DNA of 64,000 bases from Acidobacteriota bacterium. GTDB lineage: Bacteria > Acidobacteriota > UBA890 > WLXD01. Of this stretch, positions 1-11,800 are shown piece after piece. A program made the position numbers and the translations under genes. The DNA lies in NCBI GenBank assembly GCA_965248695.1, contig CBDFKD010000002.1, positions 1,920,001 to 1,984,000 of the forward strand. The letters are read 5' to 3'. Under the pieces are notes generated by a model. That model was not told where the DNA came from, searched no databases, and saw nothing but the letters and a program-made list of their open reading frames with translations. Position 1 is the stretch's first letter. The number at the start of each line of letters is the position of its first letter.

Positions 1-835
1 CCTCGCACACATCTTGAGCCGAGCGCGCCAGGTCCATATCGCGCTGGGTGAGCTCGCTCTCGGGCTGGCGCGGTGGCGCGCCGAAGAGATCGTGGAACGC
101 CTCCGACGTCATCGTCAGACCCTGACAGTAGTTGAAGTACTTCATGTCGAGCCGGAACGATCCGTCGTCGCGCAGGTCCATGAGCTCGTCGAGAATCAAA
201 TCGACGTACTTCGGCTCGCCGTACGGTGCCAGCCCCATGACCTTGTACTCGCCGGAGTTCACCCGGAATCCGGTGTAGTAGGTGAAGGCGGTGTACAGCA
301 GGCCCAGGCTATGCGGAAATCTGAGCTCGGCGGAGAGCTCGATGCTGTTGTCCACCCCGGCACCCCAGGACGCGGTCGCCCACTCGCCGACCCCGTCCAT
401 GGTCAGTATCGCCGCCGACTCGAACGGTGACGGAAAGAACGCCGAGGCCGCGTGCGACTGATGATGCTCGGGATAAAGCATGTCGCCTTCGAAACCGATT
501 TCCCTGGCGATCAGCTCGCCTATCCAGAGTTTCTGCTTGAGCCACAGCGGCATCGCTTTGAGAAACGAGGAAACGCCCTGCGGCGCGAACGCCAGATAGG
601 TTTCGAGCAGACGCTCGAACTTGCTCCACGGCTTGTCGTAGAAGGCGACCGCGTCGAGGTCCGAAACGTCGATCTTGCCGGCTCGAAGGCAATACGAGAT
701 CGCGTGCTCGGGGAAGCGGAAGTCGTGCTTCTTGCGCGTGAAGCGCTCCTCTTGAGCCGCTGCCACGATGGTGTCGTCGCGCACCAGACACGCCGCCGAA
801 TCGTGGTAGAAGGCGGAGATTCCGAGGATGTTCAT
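1..835 (-). CDS. Carbamoyltransferase, NodU/CmcH family (partial, runs off the left edge)
   Basis: Minus-strand reading from ATG at 835: MNILGISAFYHDSAACLVRDDTIVAAAQEERFTRKKHD, then EHHQSHAASAF, DGVGEW, HSLGLLY, GEYKVMGLAPYG. Absent from the ORF track because its stop lies outside the window. Confidence 0.93.
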   Translation of the reverse strand, partial: MNILGISAFYHDSAACLVRDDTIVAAAQEERFTRKKHDFRFPEHAISYCLRAGKIDVSDLDAVAFYDKPWSKFERLLETYLAFAPQGVSSFLKAMPLWLKQKLWIGELIAREIGFEGDMLYPEHHQSHAASAFFPSPFESAAILTMDGVGEWATASWGAGVDNSIELSAELRFPHSLGLLYTAFTYYTGFRVNSGEYKVMGLAPYGEPKYVDLILDELMDLRDDGSFRLDMKYFNYCQGLTMTSEAFHDLFGAPPRQPESELTQRDMDLARSAQDVCE

Positions 836-923
836 GGTGACGCCGTCCAGCCGAGCATCGTGAGGCGATCAATCGCCGAAGCAACTCGGCGGCAGGTGTG
901 CGCGCTTCGCGCATCGCCGACGC

Positions 924-1511
924 TCAGGCGTCGGCCTCTTCGGAAGAAACCTCGTCGGCCGCGAGCTCGTCGACGGGGACGCCGTCTTCGTCGGAGGCGG
1001 GCTCGGTAGGCTCGGCGACCTCGCTGACCGCTGCGGCTGGAGCCGCCGCTTCGGCAGCCCCGTCTTCTCCGGCCACCGTGACGAGCACAGACGCAGCAAC
1101 ACCGTGCGCCAACGACAGCACGACGTCGTACTCACCGAGATGCTTGATCGGTTGCTCGAGGTGGATCTCGCCCCGCTGGATGGTGAAACCTCGCTCCACC
1201 AGCTCATCGCCGATATCGGCAACACTCACCGACCCGTACAACGTTCCCGCCCCGATGTCTGCCACCTTGCGATGAAAGCTCAACGTCACGGTGGCAAGCG
1301 ACTTGGCGATGACCTCCGCCTGCGCACGTTTCTCAGCGGCCGCGGCGCGAAGCCTCGTCAACTCGTGCTCGATCGAGCGAATGTTGGCATCCGTGGCGCG
1401 AATGGCGAGCTGCTGTGGGAGCAGATAGTTGCGCGCGTATCCCTTCTTGACTTCTACGAGATCACCCGGCTCGCCCAGGTGGGTGACGCTCGCTCTCAGA
1501 ATCAGCTTCAT
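924..1511 (-). CDS. rplI: 50S ribosomal protein L9 with acidic C-terminal tail
   Basis: LGEPGDLVEVKKGYARNYLLP and LYGSV motifs; follows rpsR. Confidence 0.97.
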   Translation of the reverse strand: MKLILRASVTHLGEPGDLVEVKKGYARNYLLPQQLAIRATDANIRSIEHELTRLRAAAAEKRAQAEVIAKSLATVTLSFHRKVADIGAGTLYGSVSVADIGDELVERGFTIQRGEIHLEQPIKHLGEYDVVLSLAHGVAASVLVTVAGEDGAAEAAAPAAAVSEVAEPTEPASDEDGVPVDELAADEVSSEEADA

Positions 1512-1569
1512 GGTCGTGTCCTCGATGACTCCGGCAACCGGCGACTATGCGGCCCGGCTGTCGGTGACC

Positions 1570-1794
1570 TCACTCAGAGACGTAGGGCAACAGCGCCATG
1601 TAGCGCGCGCGCTTCACAGCGTGTGAGAGCATGCGCTGATGGCGAGCAGAGTTGCCGTTCGTCCGGCGCGGAATAATCTTGCCGCGGGGGTCAATGTATT
1701 GCCTCAGTAGCTCGACGTCCTTGTAGTCGACGTGTTGGGCTTTCGACTTGGTGAGCTTGCTGACCTTCTTGCGTCGTGGACGAAAGGAGCGCAT
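1570..1794 (-). CDS. rpsR: 30S ribosomal protein S18 (cysteine-free form)
   Basis: [26 protein letters not shown]...HQR...[13 protein letters not shown]. Confidence 0.97.
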   Translation of the reverse strand: MRSFRPRRKKVSKLTKSKAQHVDYKDVELLRQYIDPRGKIIPRRTNGNSARHQRMLSHAVKRARYMALLPYVSE

Positions 1795-1797
1795 CGC

Positions 1798-2598
1798 TCA
1801 GTCCTCCTTCGCCGGGTCGCCTTCGGCGGCGCCATCGGGAGTTTCATCAGCCGGCGCTTCGGCTACCGGCTCGTCGTCAGAAACATCGGATGTCGCATCG
1901 TCGTCGACGGCGACAGGCTCGTCTGCTGCGTCGGACTCATCAGCGGCCTCCGGTTCATCAGCGGCCTCCGGTTCATCAGCGGCCTCCGGTTCGTCAGCGG
2001 CTTCCGGTTCGGCAGCTTCTGGTTCGGCAGCTTCTGGTTCGGCAGCGGCTTCCGGTTCGTCGGCAGCTTCTGGTTCGTCGGCTGCGACAGGCGCATCGGC
2101 CGCGGCGGGCTCGTCAACCGGCTCGGCGTCGTCAGCGCCGGCGGCCGCCTCCTCAGACTCGGCCTGGTCATCGCGGTCGGCCATCGACGTCGCCACCTCG
2201 GCGCGCTTGGCAGCGGCGCGCTCCTCGGCAGCCTCCATCTGCGCCGTCGCCAGCGCCGCGTCTTCGGGACCCTTTTCCGACAGCGCCTTGCGGACCTCTG
2301 CCTCCAGCGTCTCGGACAAACCGACCACCATTTCCCGCAGGATCGATTCGCGAATCTTGGTATAGGCGCGGAACTCGCCGGCCAGCGACGCTTCGCCCTT
2401 GACGTAGATCAGCAGATAGACGCCTTCAGAGTGCTTGCCGATGGGATAGGCGAGCTTGCGACGGCCCCACCTCTCCACACTGACAACGTCACCACCGGAC
2501 GCGGCCAGCTGTTGCCGCAGACCGCCGGTAACCGCGTCGACTCCCTCGTCGGTCTCGTCGGGAGACACGATCACGAGGATCTCGTAGAAGTTGCTCAT
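1798..2598 (-). CDS. rpsF: 30S ribosomal protein S6 with ~170-aa acidic, repetitive C-terminal extension
   Basis: YEILVIV...[12 protein letters not shown]...GVYLLI...ILR core; rpsF-rpsR-rplI order. Confidence 0.95.
   Translation of the reverse strand: MSNFYEILVIVSPDETDEGVDAVTGGLRQQLAASGGDVVSVERWGRRKLAYPIGKHSEGVYLLIYVKGEASLAGEFRAYTKIRESILREMVVGLSETLEAEVRKALSEKGPEDAALATAQMEAAEERAAAKRAEVATSMADRDDQAESEEAAAGADDAEPVDEPAAADAPVAADEPEAADEPEAAAEPEAAEPEAAEPEAADEPEAADEPEAADEPEAADESDAADEPVAVDDDATSDVSDDEPVAEAPADETPDGAAEGDPAKED
1937..2085. repeat. Coding minisatellite in rpsF (18- and 15-bp units encoding [11 protein letters not shown])
   Basis: TCATCAGCGGCCTCCGGT x3, then variants such as TCGGCAGCTTCTGGT x2. 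Confidence 0.9.
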
Positions 2599-2601
2599 TA
2601 C

Positions 2602-2640
2602 TCTCCTCTCGGACAGTTGGCCCCCGGAAGGGCGAGGAGC
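2602..2640 (-). promoter_or_regulatory. Putative S6:S18 ribosomal-protein leader RNA
   Basis: Minus strand GCTCCTC-GCCC-TTCCGG-GGGC-CAACTGT-CCG-AGAGGAG directly before the rpsF ATG: an anti-SD/SD helix, an inner hairpin and an unpaired CCG, which is the S6:S18 motif architecture. Confidence 0.75.
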
Positions 2641-2676
2641 GCTCGTGCGGAGTGCCCATTCAGCTGGGAACTCCTG

Positions 2677-4728
2677 TCACACCAGAAGTGGCGCGATGAC
2701 GAGCGATACGACAGACATCAACTTTATCAAGATGTTCATCGACGGGCCACTCGTATCCTTGAACGGGTCGCCCACCGTGTCGCCGACGACAGCGGCCTTG
2801 TGCGCGTCGGAGCCCTTGCCACCGTGATGGCCTTCCTCGATGAATTTCTTGGCATTGTCCCAGGCGCCGCCGCCGTTGGACATCATCAGCGCCAGCAACA
2901 CACCGACCACGGTGGCACCGGCCAGCATCCCGCCGAGGGCCTCGGCTCCAAGACCGAAACCGACGACCACCGGCGCGATCACCGCGAGAAGACCCGGCAG
3001 CACCATTTCCTTCAGCGCCGCATCGGCAGCTATCGATACGCAGCGCGCCGGATCGGGTTTGCCCGTGCCTTCCATGATTCCCGGAATCTCGCGGAACTGG
3101 CGGCGAATCTCCTCCACCAGCTTGCCCGCTGCGCGACCGACCGCGGTCATCGTCAGGCCGGCGGCCAGATACGGCACCACGCCGCCGAGCAGCATCCCGA
3201 CCACGACAATGGGGTTCGTCAGCAGGATCACCAGCCCGTTCAGGTCGCCCGCCTGCCGCATCGCCTCCGACACCGACTGTGTGTAGGCGGCGAACAGCGC
3301 CAAGGCGGTGAGGGCGGCGGAGCCGATGGCGAAACCCTTGCCGATCGCGGCGGTGGTGTTGCCGACCGCATCAAGGCTGTCGGTGATCTTGCGCACCTCG
3401 GGCCCGAGGCCCGCCATCTCCGAGATTCCGCCAGCGTTGTCCGCCACCGGCCCGTACGCGTCGACGCTCATCGTGACGCCCACCGTTGCCAGCATGCCCA
3501 CGGCTGCGATGCCGATCCCGTACAGGCCCGCGGCCCCGAACGCGAAATAGATCGCGGCGCAGATAGCCAACACTGGCAGCGCGGTGGATTCAAAGCCGAC
3601 CGCCAGACCGTTGATGATGTTGGTTGCCGAGCCGGTCTCCGACGACGCGGCGATCCGACGCACCGGCGCGGCGGACGTGTAGTACTCGGTAATGAAGGAG
3701 ATCAAGAGGCCGACCAGGGTGCCCCAGAAGATCGCCTGCCAGACGCCGTTGTTGACCGGAATCGCGTCGATGTAGAGATATGCCGCGCCGACGAACAACC
3801 CGGCAGCGAGAATCGTCGCCCAGCGGAGCGCTGCCGCCGCATCGAAACGCTTCAGAATCGCCATCGACGCGATTCCCAGCAGCGAGCAAATCAGGCCCAG
3901 GAACGCGAGCATCAGTGGCAGGCTCATCAGCCAGCTCTTGACCTGCGACGCCTCGATCACGGGATCGGCGGCCATGGCGATCAGATCCTCACCGAACAGC
4001 GTCGCACCGATGGCGACCGTGGCGATAATCGAGCCCACGTAGGATTCGAAGATATCGGCACCCATACCGGCAACGTCGCCGACGTTGTCGCCGACGTTGT
4101 CGGCGATCACACCGGGGTTACGCGGGTCGTCCTCGGGAATGCCTGCCTCGACCTTCCCGACCAGGTCGGCGCCGACATCCGCCGCCTTGGTGTAGATGCC
4201 ACCGCCGACGCGCGCGAACAGCGCGATCGAGGAGGCGCCCATGGCGAACCCGTTGATGACGTGAGCGGTCTCGGGCGTGCCGTACCAGAGGTACCAGATA
4301 CCGACGCCGAGCAGCCCGAGGCTGGCAACGGAAAGCCCCATGACGGAACCACCCAGAAACGCCACCATCAGAGCCGCATCGCGCCCTTCGTTCTTCGCTG
4401 CGGCTGCGGTGCGCACGTTGGCTGAGGTAGCCGCCGTCATGCCGGCGATGCCGGCCGCGATCGAGCATGCAGCCCCGGTGATGAACGCCGCCGAAGTCGA
4501 GGTCGATACGAAGTAGCCGAGAAGGCCAGCGACAATGGCGACGAAGACGGCCAGCAGGCTATATTCGCGGCGCAAGAACACCATCGCCCCGTCGTGGATC
4601 TGGGCCGCGATGTCAGCCATCTGTTCGGTGCCGACATCGCGCCGGCGGATCACCATTAGGATGACGAGGGCGATTACCAGCCCAATCCCGCCCAATACGG
4701 GAACCGCCTCGATGGGGATGTTGCTCAT
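2677..4728 (-). CDS. hppA: Membrane-integral H+/Na+-translocating pyrophosphatase (K+-dependent type)
   Basis: [49 protein letters not shown] motifs. Confidence 0.97.
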   Translation of the reverse strand: MSNIPIEAVPVLGGIGLVIALVILMVIRRRDVGTEQMADIAAQIHDGAMVFLRREYSLLAVFVAIVAGLLGYFVSTSTSAAFITGAACSIAAGIAGMTAATSANVRTAAAAKNEGRDAALMVAFLGGSVMGLSVASLGLLGVGIWYLWYGTPETAHVINGFAMGASSIALFARVGGGIYTKAADVGADLVGKVEAGIPEDDPRNPGVIADNVGDNVGDVAGMGADIFESYVGSIIATVAIGATLFGEDLIAMAADPVIEASQVKSWLMSLPLMLAFLGLICSLLGIASMAILKRFDAAAALRWATILAAGLFVGAAYLYIDAIPVNNGVWQAIFWGTLVGLLISFITEYYTSAAPVRRIAASSETGSATNIINGLAVGFESTALPVLAICAAIYFAFGAAGLYGIGIAAVGMLATVGVTMSVDAYGPVADNAGGISEMAGLGPEVRKITDSLDAVGNTTAAIGKGFAIGSAALTALALFAAYTQSVSEAMRQAGDLNGLVILLTNPIVVVGMLLGGVVPYLAAGLTMTAVGRAAGKLVEEIRRQFREIPGIMEGTGKPDPARCVSIAADAALKEMVLPGLLAVIAPVVVGFGLGAEALGGMLAGATVVGVLLALMMSNGGGAWDNAKKFIEEGHHGGKGSDAHKAAVVGDTVGDPFKDTSGPSMNILIKLMSVVSLVIAPLLV

Positions 4729-4741
4729 TCTCTTGCTCCGG

Positions 4742-5344
4742 TTAGTCGGGTGTCTCTTGTGGGTTCGTTGTGTCGGCCCTGGGGCGCTGATTGTATGTGT
4801 TCATTGCGACGCTCAAACCACGTCGCAGGATCGTCCGCACCGCGCCAACCGCACGATCAAGCATCTCGTCAACCGCCGCGAGCTCGGTCTCATCGAAGCA
4901 CTCCAGCACGTATCCAGCCGTGTCACGGCCACGACCCACGCCCTGGATGCCGAGCCGCAGGCGCGGTACTTGTTGCGTGCCGAGCTCATCGAGCACCGAC
5001 TGCACACCCCGATGACCAGCGTCGCCGCCTGACGGCCGCAGGCGCAATGACCCCAGCGGCAGATCGATCTCGTCGTATGCCACGACAACATCGCGCGGCT
5101 CGATCTGCAGCGATCGGCAGGCGTCGGAGACGCCCACGCCGCTGTTGTTCATGAAAAGCAGCGGGCGCATCAGCCACAACGCCGTTGACCCCAGCTTGAG
5201 TCGCTCGAGCTGTACCGATTCCCGACTCCGCGCTTCGACCACCTTGCCGACATCGCGGAGCCGGTCAAGCAGCATCCAGCCGGCATTGTGACGGCTGTAC
5301 AAGTACTCGCTGCCCGGGTTTCCGAGCCCGGCCAGAGCGTGCAT
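4742..5344 (-). CDS. pth: Peptidyl-tRNA hydrolase
   Basis: GLGNPG..Y..SRHNAG, FMNNSG, DEIDLP, GHRG, RLRLGI. Confidence 0.96.
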   Translation of the reverse strand: MHALAGLGNPGSEYLYSRHNAGWMLLDRLRDVGKVVEARSRESVQLERLKLGSTALWLMRPLLFMNNSGVGVSDACRSLQIEPRDVVVAYDEIDLPLGSLRLRPSGGDAGHRGVQSVLDELGTQQVPRLRLGIQGVGRGRDTAGYVLECFDETELAAVDEMLDRAVGAVRTILRRGLSVAMNTYNQRPRADTTNPQETPD

Positions 5345-5352
5345 GGGCGCGA

Positions 5353-6024
5353 CTACTCGTCGTCCTCGGACGTCTCCTCGTCCTCGCGGCCAATGAGCTC
5401 CGGTTCCTCCAGCTCTCCGAGGAGATCTTCTTCTTCCTCGGTGACCTCGTCCTCGATCGCCACCGTCGGCGGCGCGATGGTAAGCAGCGTTTGATCCGAA
5501 TCAACCAGCACTTCGACGCCGTCCGGTATCTCCAGATCGGACACCTGCGCCACATCGCCGATGCTGAGCTCGGTGACGTCGACCTTGAGGCTGTCCGGGA
5601 TGTTGGTCGGCAGGCATTTGACATGCACCTCGCGCAGGATCATGTCGAGGATGCCGCGGTCCACCCTGACGCCGACTGGTTCGCCGACGATCTCCACCGG
5701 GATGTTCACCTCGATCTCGACCTTGAGGTCGATACGACGAAAGTCGACGTGCTGGAGCCGGCGGCTGATCGGATCCACCTGGTAGTCGTGAATCAGCGCC
5801 GTCTGTTCCGCCCCGTCGCCAACTCTGAGGCTCAGAATGGTGTTCTGACCGTGCTCGGATCGCAGAATCTCGATCAGCGTTCGCGGGTCGACGGAGATCG
5901 AGCGGGTATCACGGCCGCCACCATATAGCACCGCCGGGACCTTGCCGGCGCGACGCAGTCGACTGGCCTTGTTGCTCGAACCCGGCTCGCGGAGCTCCAC
6001 CTCGAGCGCTTGTGTATCAGTCAT
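5353..6024 (-). CDS. rplY: 50S ribosomal protein L25/Ctc (long form)
   Basis: RLRRAGKVPAVLYG, HVDF, C-terminal Ctc domain; lies between prs and pth. Confidence 0.96.
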   Translation of the reverse strand: MTDTQALEVELREPGSSNKASRLRRAGKVPAVLYGGGRDTRSISVDPRTLIEILRSEHGQNTILSLRVGDGAEQTALIHDYQVDPISRRLQHVDFRRIDLKVEIEVNIPVEIVGEPVGVRVDRGILDMILREVHVKCLPTNIPDSLKVDVTELSIGDVAQVSDLEIPDGVEVLVDSDQTLLTIAPPTVAIEDEVTEEEEDLLGELEEPELIGREDEETSEDDE

Positions 6025-6058
6025 CGTTTGCTACCTCTGGATTGGACAGCCGTCGAGA

Positions 6059-7015
6059 TCAGATAAACAGCCTCGAGATGCTGGTTTCCTCGTAGATGCT
6101 GCGTATCGCCTCACCGAAGATCCCTGCGACCGAGAGCACCTCGATCTTTTCGCAGGCGGAGGCCTCGGGCGGCAGCGGAATCGTGTCGGTCACGAAGACT
6201 CGTTTCAGCGGGCTCGCTTCGATACGTTCGATGGCCGGCGATGAGAGTACCGCGTGAGTGGCAAACGCGTAGACCTCGCGCGCACCTTCGTCGAGCACAG
6301 CCTTGGCGCCGGTGGTCAACGTAGCGGCAGTGTCGACCATGTCATCGTAGAAGCAGCACACCGCATCACGAACGTCACCGACGACGGTCATGCCCTCGAC
6401 CTTGTTGGCCACCCGGCGACGCTTGTCGATCACCGCCAACCCGGCTTCGAGCCGCTTGGCGATGGCTCGGGCGCGCTCCACACCGCCCGCATCGGGCGAC
6501 ACCATGACCAGGTCGCTATCGATAGCGCCGATCCGGCGCACCGCGACGGGGGCCGCAAAAAGATGGTCGAGGGGAATATTGAAGTATCCCTGGATCTGCC
6601 CCGCGTGCAGATCCATCGCCAGCACCCTTGACGTTCCGGCGGTGGTCAGCAAGTCGGCGACGAGCTTCGCCGAGATCGGTACCCGTGGGCTGTCCTTCTT
6701 GTCTTGCCGGGCATAACCGAAGTACGGGATGACGGCGGTAATGTGATGTGCCGACGCCCGCTTGGCGGCGTCGATCATCACCAGCAGCTCCATGAGGCTG
6801 TCGTTCACCGGTCGGCACGTCGACTGGATGAGGAAGACCTCGACACCGCGCACGTTCTCCTCGAACTGGCAGCGCACCTCACCGTCGGCGAACAGGCCGA
6901 CGTCGACGGCGCTCAACGGCAGCCCCATCGATGCGGCGACTGCCTCGGCAAACGCCGGGCAGGCGTTACCGGCGAAGATCTTAATCTTGCGGTCGGTGTT
7001 GGACATCGAAGCCAT
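6059..7015 (-). CDS. prs: Ribose-phosphate pyrophosphokinase (start may be 7006)
   Basis: FADGE, PYFGYARQDKK, DLHAGQIQGYF, SPDAGG, DDMVDT. Confidence 0.97.
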   Translation of the reverse strand: MASMSNTDRKIKIFAGNACPAFAEAVAASMGLPLSAVDVGLFADGEVRCQFEENVRGVEVFLIQSTCRPVNDSLMELLVMIDAAKRASAHHITAVIPYFGYARQDKKDSPRVPISAKLVADLLTTAGTSRVLAMDLHAGQIQGYFNIPLDHLFAAPVAVRRIGAIDSDLVMVSPDAGGVERARAIAKRLEAGLAVIDKRRRVANKVEGMTVVGDVRDAVCCFYDDMVDTAATLTTGAKAVLDEGAREVYAFATHAVLSSPAIERIEASPLKRVFVTDTIPLPPEASACEKIEVLSVAGIFGEAIRSIYEETSISRLFI

Positions 7016-7105
7016 GCGGCCAGCGCCGCGACCGGAGCTGTCGAGGCGGATGCTCGTCTCGACACATTTAACGGGTCATGGACGCAGACCATGACCCAAA
7101 TCGAG

Positions 7106-7179
7106 CTGGGGCGGCAGGATTCGAACCTGCGAATGCCGGATCCAAAGACCGGTGCCTTGCCTGGCTTGGCGACGCCCCA
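7106..7179 (-). tRNA. tRNA-Gln (anticodon TTG); CCA not encoded
   Basis: TGGGGCG/CGCCCCA acceptor stem, CCGGT-CTTTGGA-TCCGG anticodon arm (one T-T pair), GGTTCGAATCC T arm; usual position upstream of prs. Confidence 0.95.
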
Positions 7180-7260
7180 AAACCAACTGCCTTGGACGCA
7201 GCCGTCCCGATCAGCGTTTTCCGGGACGCGTCCCGCGAGGCTGCGCTTCAGACGCGCACC

Positions 7261-7266
7261 ATTATA
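7261..7266 (-). promoter_or_regulatory. Sigma-70 -10 box for the tRNA-Gln-prs operon
   Basis: Perfect TATAAT on the minus strand about 80 nt upstream of the tRNA, in a GC-rich background. Confidence 0.6.
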
Positions 7267-7342
7267 AGCGCCCCACTTTTTTCGCATCAAACACCACCGA
7301 GACGCCATCGCCACCGCTGTGCCGACGCGGCGATCCGACTCG

Positions 7343-8200
7343 CTACTGCTCCTCTGGCGCCTGGCGCCGGAACAGGCCTCCTTCGCGGCCGAGGTCGGAG
7401 ATCGGTAGCTGCAGCACCCCGGCGGGAACCTGAAGGTCGAAGTGGTTGGCCGGGAAATCGAAGTTCGGCGACGGGTCGTCAAGCAGCTGTAGTGCAATTC
7501 CGTAGCCGTCCGGCTCGATGCGCAGCCGCAGGCTCGACGGCAACGGCACCGTCTGGGCACCAACCAGGGTGGACGTCGATTCGAGCACCTCGATCATCAC
7601 GCTGTCGCCGGCGCGCCGATGCTCGACTCGATCGAACCCGAGCGTCGGCGGCAGCAGCCATACACTCGCTTCGGCCCCGTAGTCGACGCGTATCCGACGG
7701 GCATCCTCGTCCCAGGTGGGCTGACCCGGCGGATGGCTGGCAGTATCGATCGCGGAACCGAGCAACGCTGCCACTACGTCGGCGGCAGACAACCCGAATC
7801 CAATGGCCTGCTCGAACGAGGCGCGTGTGGACGGGCCCCGATACAGGAGCTTTTCCTCACGCAGAAACAGGCCGACCTCGAGCTTGTTGGCGCGCAAGTA
7901 GGCCTGCGTACCACCGCTTGGATCGAGTACCAGAATATCGAGATCGGCTGGTCGGCGAACCGATACGAACGTATCGACAGTGCGACGCCCGATGCCGCGC
8001 GACAGCCGCATCGTGTAGGAGCCCACGAGCCCCTCGAGGGGCGCCGTGAGCTGCCGCGCCGGACCCAGAAAGCTGCCGGGATCACGCCGCGCCTGCTCGG
8101 CAAGCTGTGGCCGCTGGCGGATCCAACCTCCGCGAGCGCAGCCGCTCGCAGCCAGCACGAGGGCCACGGCAAGGGCGACGCCGGCGGCGACGCGCCCCAA
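7343..8200 (-). CDS. Lipoprotein, possibly LolB/LolA-like fold
   Basis: Lipobox LAASG-C after a hydrophobic signal; beta-rich sequence; sits in the slot upstream of tRNA-Gln-prs. Confidence 0.6.
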   Translation of the reverse strand: MGRVAAGVALAVALVLAASGCARGGWIRQRPQLAEQARRDPGSFLGPARQLTAPLEGLVGSYTMRLSRGIGRRTVDTFVSVRRPADLDILVLDPSGGTQAYLRANKLEVGLFLREEKLLYRGPSTRASFEQAIGFGLSAADVVAALLGSAIDTASHPPGQPTWDEDARRIRVDYGAEASVWLLPPTLGFDRVEHRRAGDSVMIEVLESTSTLVGAQTVPLPSSLRLRIEPDGYGIALQLLDDPSPNFDFPANHFDLQVPAGVLQLPISDLGREGGLFRRQAPEEQ

Positions 8201-8201
8201 T

Positions 8202-9446
8202 TCAGTTTCTCTTCCAGTCGCCGATCGCCACCCGCGTCATGCGCCAGATCACGCTGCGCTCGCCCGACTCGGTAACGTCGGGATTGACGAACTCCCAGGC
8301 CATGTCTCCGGCGCCGGTCACCTCGAATGCCCTGCCGGCATCGGACTCCGTGATCAACGTGTTGCCGTTCGGCAGCCGCTGCGCACTCCCACGCAACGGA
8401 GTGTGGAAATCCGCCGACTCGTAGCTCCAGCCGACCTCATTGGATCGAGGATCGACTTCCAGCACACGCGAGGTGGCCACTCCGTTGTCGAACACCAGCA
8501 GCTGCCCGGTTGGAAGAAGGGTCGGGTGATGTTGCCCATAGATATTGGATGGACCCCAAATCCACAGGACCTCGTGGGTCGCCGCGTCGAGAATCATGAT
8601 GGCGTTGAGATGGCGCATTGAGAGCAGGATGTTGCCGGCTCCGAACAGCGGTGAAACGGAGGCCAGCGACCCGTCGAAAACGGATATGTGATTCGTGTGC
8701 AGAGTATCCAGCGGGCCGTCTTCAGCAACGAACGTGCGGTGGGCAATGCTGGCGAGCAGGAATCCGTAGGGCGAGGAGCGCACGACATCGAGCAGCGAGA
8801 ACTCCTCGCGCACCTCCCCCGTGCGCAAAGACAGCACTGTAACCGTGTCTTCGAGGATCTCCTGGGTCGGATGCAGCGAAGGAATCGCACGCTCGCGTCT
8901 CGACAACGTCCATAACGCATCGCCGTGAATCGCAACGTCATGGTGAGCCCGAACGTCGGCAACCCACCGCGGTTGCGACGCGGAATCGAGACGCACGACC
9001 TGTTTGTCGAACCGCACCACGATCAGCCCGGCGTCCGGCAGCAGCTCGGCGTGCGCCACCAGCGCCTCGGAATCCGACCAGCGGTGCACCTCGCGCCCGT
9101 CCATGTCGACCAGGAGGAACGGCCCCTCAAAAGCCGAGTAGTAGAAGTTGAGCCCATCCCAGGCGAGCTGCGGGTCGTGTACCTGGACACCGCGTCGATC
9201 GGATTCGGGATCGAAGTTCGCGCCCACATATGCGAGCGCCCGGAGATCGTTCAGCGGCCGTCCCTGGGGGCGGATCCAGCTGTAGGGCTTGGCAGCTCCG
9301 TCGATGAGAAACCACGAGATCACGGAGTAGGGAAAGGTCCCGGTGCGGTGGGTCTGGTAACCCCACAGGAAGCCGGCGCCGATCACCAGGGCCGCCAGGG
9401 GCACTACCACCACCGGGCGGGCGTAGGTGCTTCGCGATGATGTCAT
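8202..9446 (-). CDS. Arylsulfotransferase-like (ASST family) beta-propeller protein
   Basis: N-terminal TM anchor; [37 protein letters not shown] motifs. Confidence 0.8.
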   Translation of the reverse strand: MTSSRSTYARPVVVVPLAALVIGAGFLWGYQTHRTGTFPYSVISWFLIDGAAKPYSWIRPQGRPLNDLRALAYVGANFDPESDRRGVQVHDPQLAWDGLNFYYSAFEGPFLLVDMDGREVHRWSDSEALVAHAELLPDAGLIVVRFDKQVVRLDSASQPRWVADVRAHHDVAIHGDALWTLSRRERAIPSLHPTQEILEDTVTVLSLRTGEVREEFSLLDVVRSSPYGFLLASIAHRTFVAEDGPLDTLHTNHISVFDGSLASVSPLFGAGNILLSMRHLNAIMILDAATHEVLWIWGPSNIYGQHHPTLLPTGQLLVFDNGVATSRVLEVDPRSNEVGWSYESADFHTPLRGSAQRLPNGNTLITESDAGRAFEVTGAGDMAWEFVNPDVTESGERSVIWRMTRVAIGDWKRN

Positions 9447-9538
9447 CCGACCTTCCCTTCAGGACGATCCCGCGATCCCTGGATCCAGAGGATCGCGTCA
9501 CCCGGCGCCCCCCGCCGCGCGTCCGCCCCGTGGGATCG

Positions 9539-9601
9539 ATTATACGTCCGCTCGGGCAACATGCCCCCTCCGGCATCGGTCGCCGGCCAGACCTCTATAA
9601 T
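9539..9601. promoter_or_regulatory. Back-to-back sigma-70 -10 boxes for the divergent ASST-like gene and glyA
   Basis: TATAAT on the minus strand at 9539-9544 and on the plus strand at 9596-9601. Confidence 0.65.
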
Positions 9602-9650
9602 GGGCGTCCCAGACAGCCCGAACCTGACCCGCGCAACCCGGAGCCCTGGA

Positions 9651-10946
<1,296 letters not shown>

Positions 10947-11002
10947 CCGAGCAGCGCTGCTGCACATCCCGAGTTGACGACCCCGCCACCGTCGAGCGAC
11001 GC

Positions 11003-11027
11003 CACCACTTTTTCGTCGGCCTGCTAG
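11003..11027. repeat. Isolated MITE-like terminus related to the element at 62805-62981
   Basis: CACCACTTTTTCGTCGGCCTGCTAG resembles the right end CACCACACTTTCACCACGGCCTGCTA. Confidence 0.45.
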
Positions 11028-11102
11028 ACTAGCCGCGCTGCGACCGCCGATGCGAGGAAAGGGGGCTTTCGGCGGCGCCATGAATCTCTCGGGAGGCAAC
11101 CG

Positions 11103-11786
11103 ATGAAGATTTTTCTCGACACCGCGAACATCGACGAGATCCGTGCGGCCGCCGCCACGGGGGTGCTGGACGGAGTGACCACGAACCCGTCGCTAGTCGC
11201 CAAAGAAGGGCGTCCCTTCGCCGATGTGATCGCCGAGATCTGCGACATCGTCGACGGTCCGATCAGCGCCGAGGTAGTGTCAACCGACTACGACGGCATG
11301 GTCGAGGAGGCCCGCCGTCTGGCGCCGATCCACGACAACATCATCGTCAAGATCCCGCTGATTCGCGACGGCATCCAAGCGGTGGCCACGCTGTCTCAAG
11401 AGGGCATCCGGACGAACGTGACGCTCTGTTTCTCGCCGCTTCAAGCGATGCTCGCCGCCAAGGCCGGGGCGACCATTATCTCGCCCTTCGCCGGCCGCCT
11501 CGATGACATCGGACACGACGGCATGGAGATGGTGCAGCAGATCGTCGCGATGTACGAGAATTACGGCTATGCCACCGAGGTTCTCGTAGGCTCAGTGCGC
11601 AGTCCGAAGCATGTTCTCGACGCCGGTCTCATGGGGGCAGACATCGTCACGATCCCGACCAAGGTGTTCGATTCGATGTTCAAGCATCCGCTCACCGACA
11701 AGGGCCTCGCAGCCTTCCTCGCCGACTGGGAAGGTGCCCGCGAGCTTGTCGACGACCTCGCGGTCCCAGCCGGCACCGAGGGCTGA
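11103..11786 (+). CDS. Transaldolase / fructose-6-phosphate aldolase (TalC/MipB family)
   Basis: [45 protein letters not shown]. Confidence 0.93.
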   Translation: MKIFLDTANIDEIRAAAATGVLDGVTTNPSLVAKEGRPFADVIAEICDIVDGPISAEVVSTDYDGMVEEARRLAPIHDNIIVKIPLIRDGIQAVATLSQEGIRTNVTLCFSPLQAMLAAKAGATIISPFAGRLDDIGHDGMEMVQQIVAMYENYGYATEVLVGSVRSPKHVLDAGLMGADIVTIPTKVFDSMFKHPLTDKGLAAFLADWEGARELVDDLAVPAGTEG

Positions 11787-11800
11787 ACCGGCCGATCGCC

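Noticed and set aside
1937-2085. CRISPR array
   Set aside because: The units are adjacent 15-18-bp in-frame coding repeats without spacers, and there are no cas genes in the window.
1732-4425. 897-aa plus-strand ORF and similar long ORFs (32208-33701, 37280-38647, upstream extensions of the serS and accC ORFs)
   Set aside because: Antisense or alternate-frame shadows of well-supported genes in GC-rich DNA, with no recognisable motifs.
9447-9650. ZTP or glycine riboswitch upstream of glyA
   Set aside because: Consensus elements are not recognisable, and the TATAAT at 9596 leaves only a ~45-nt leader.
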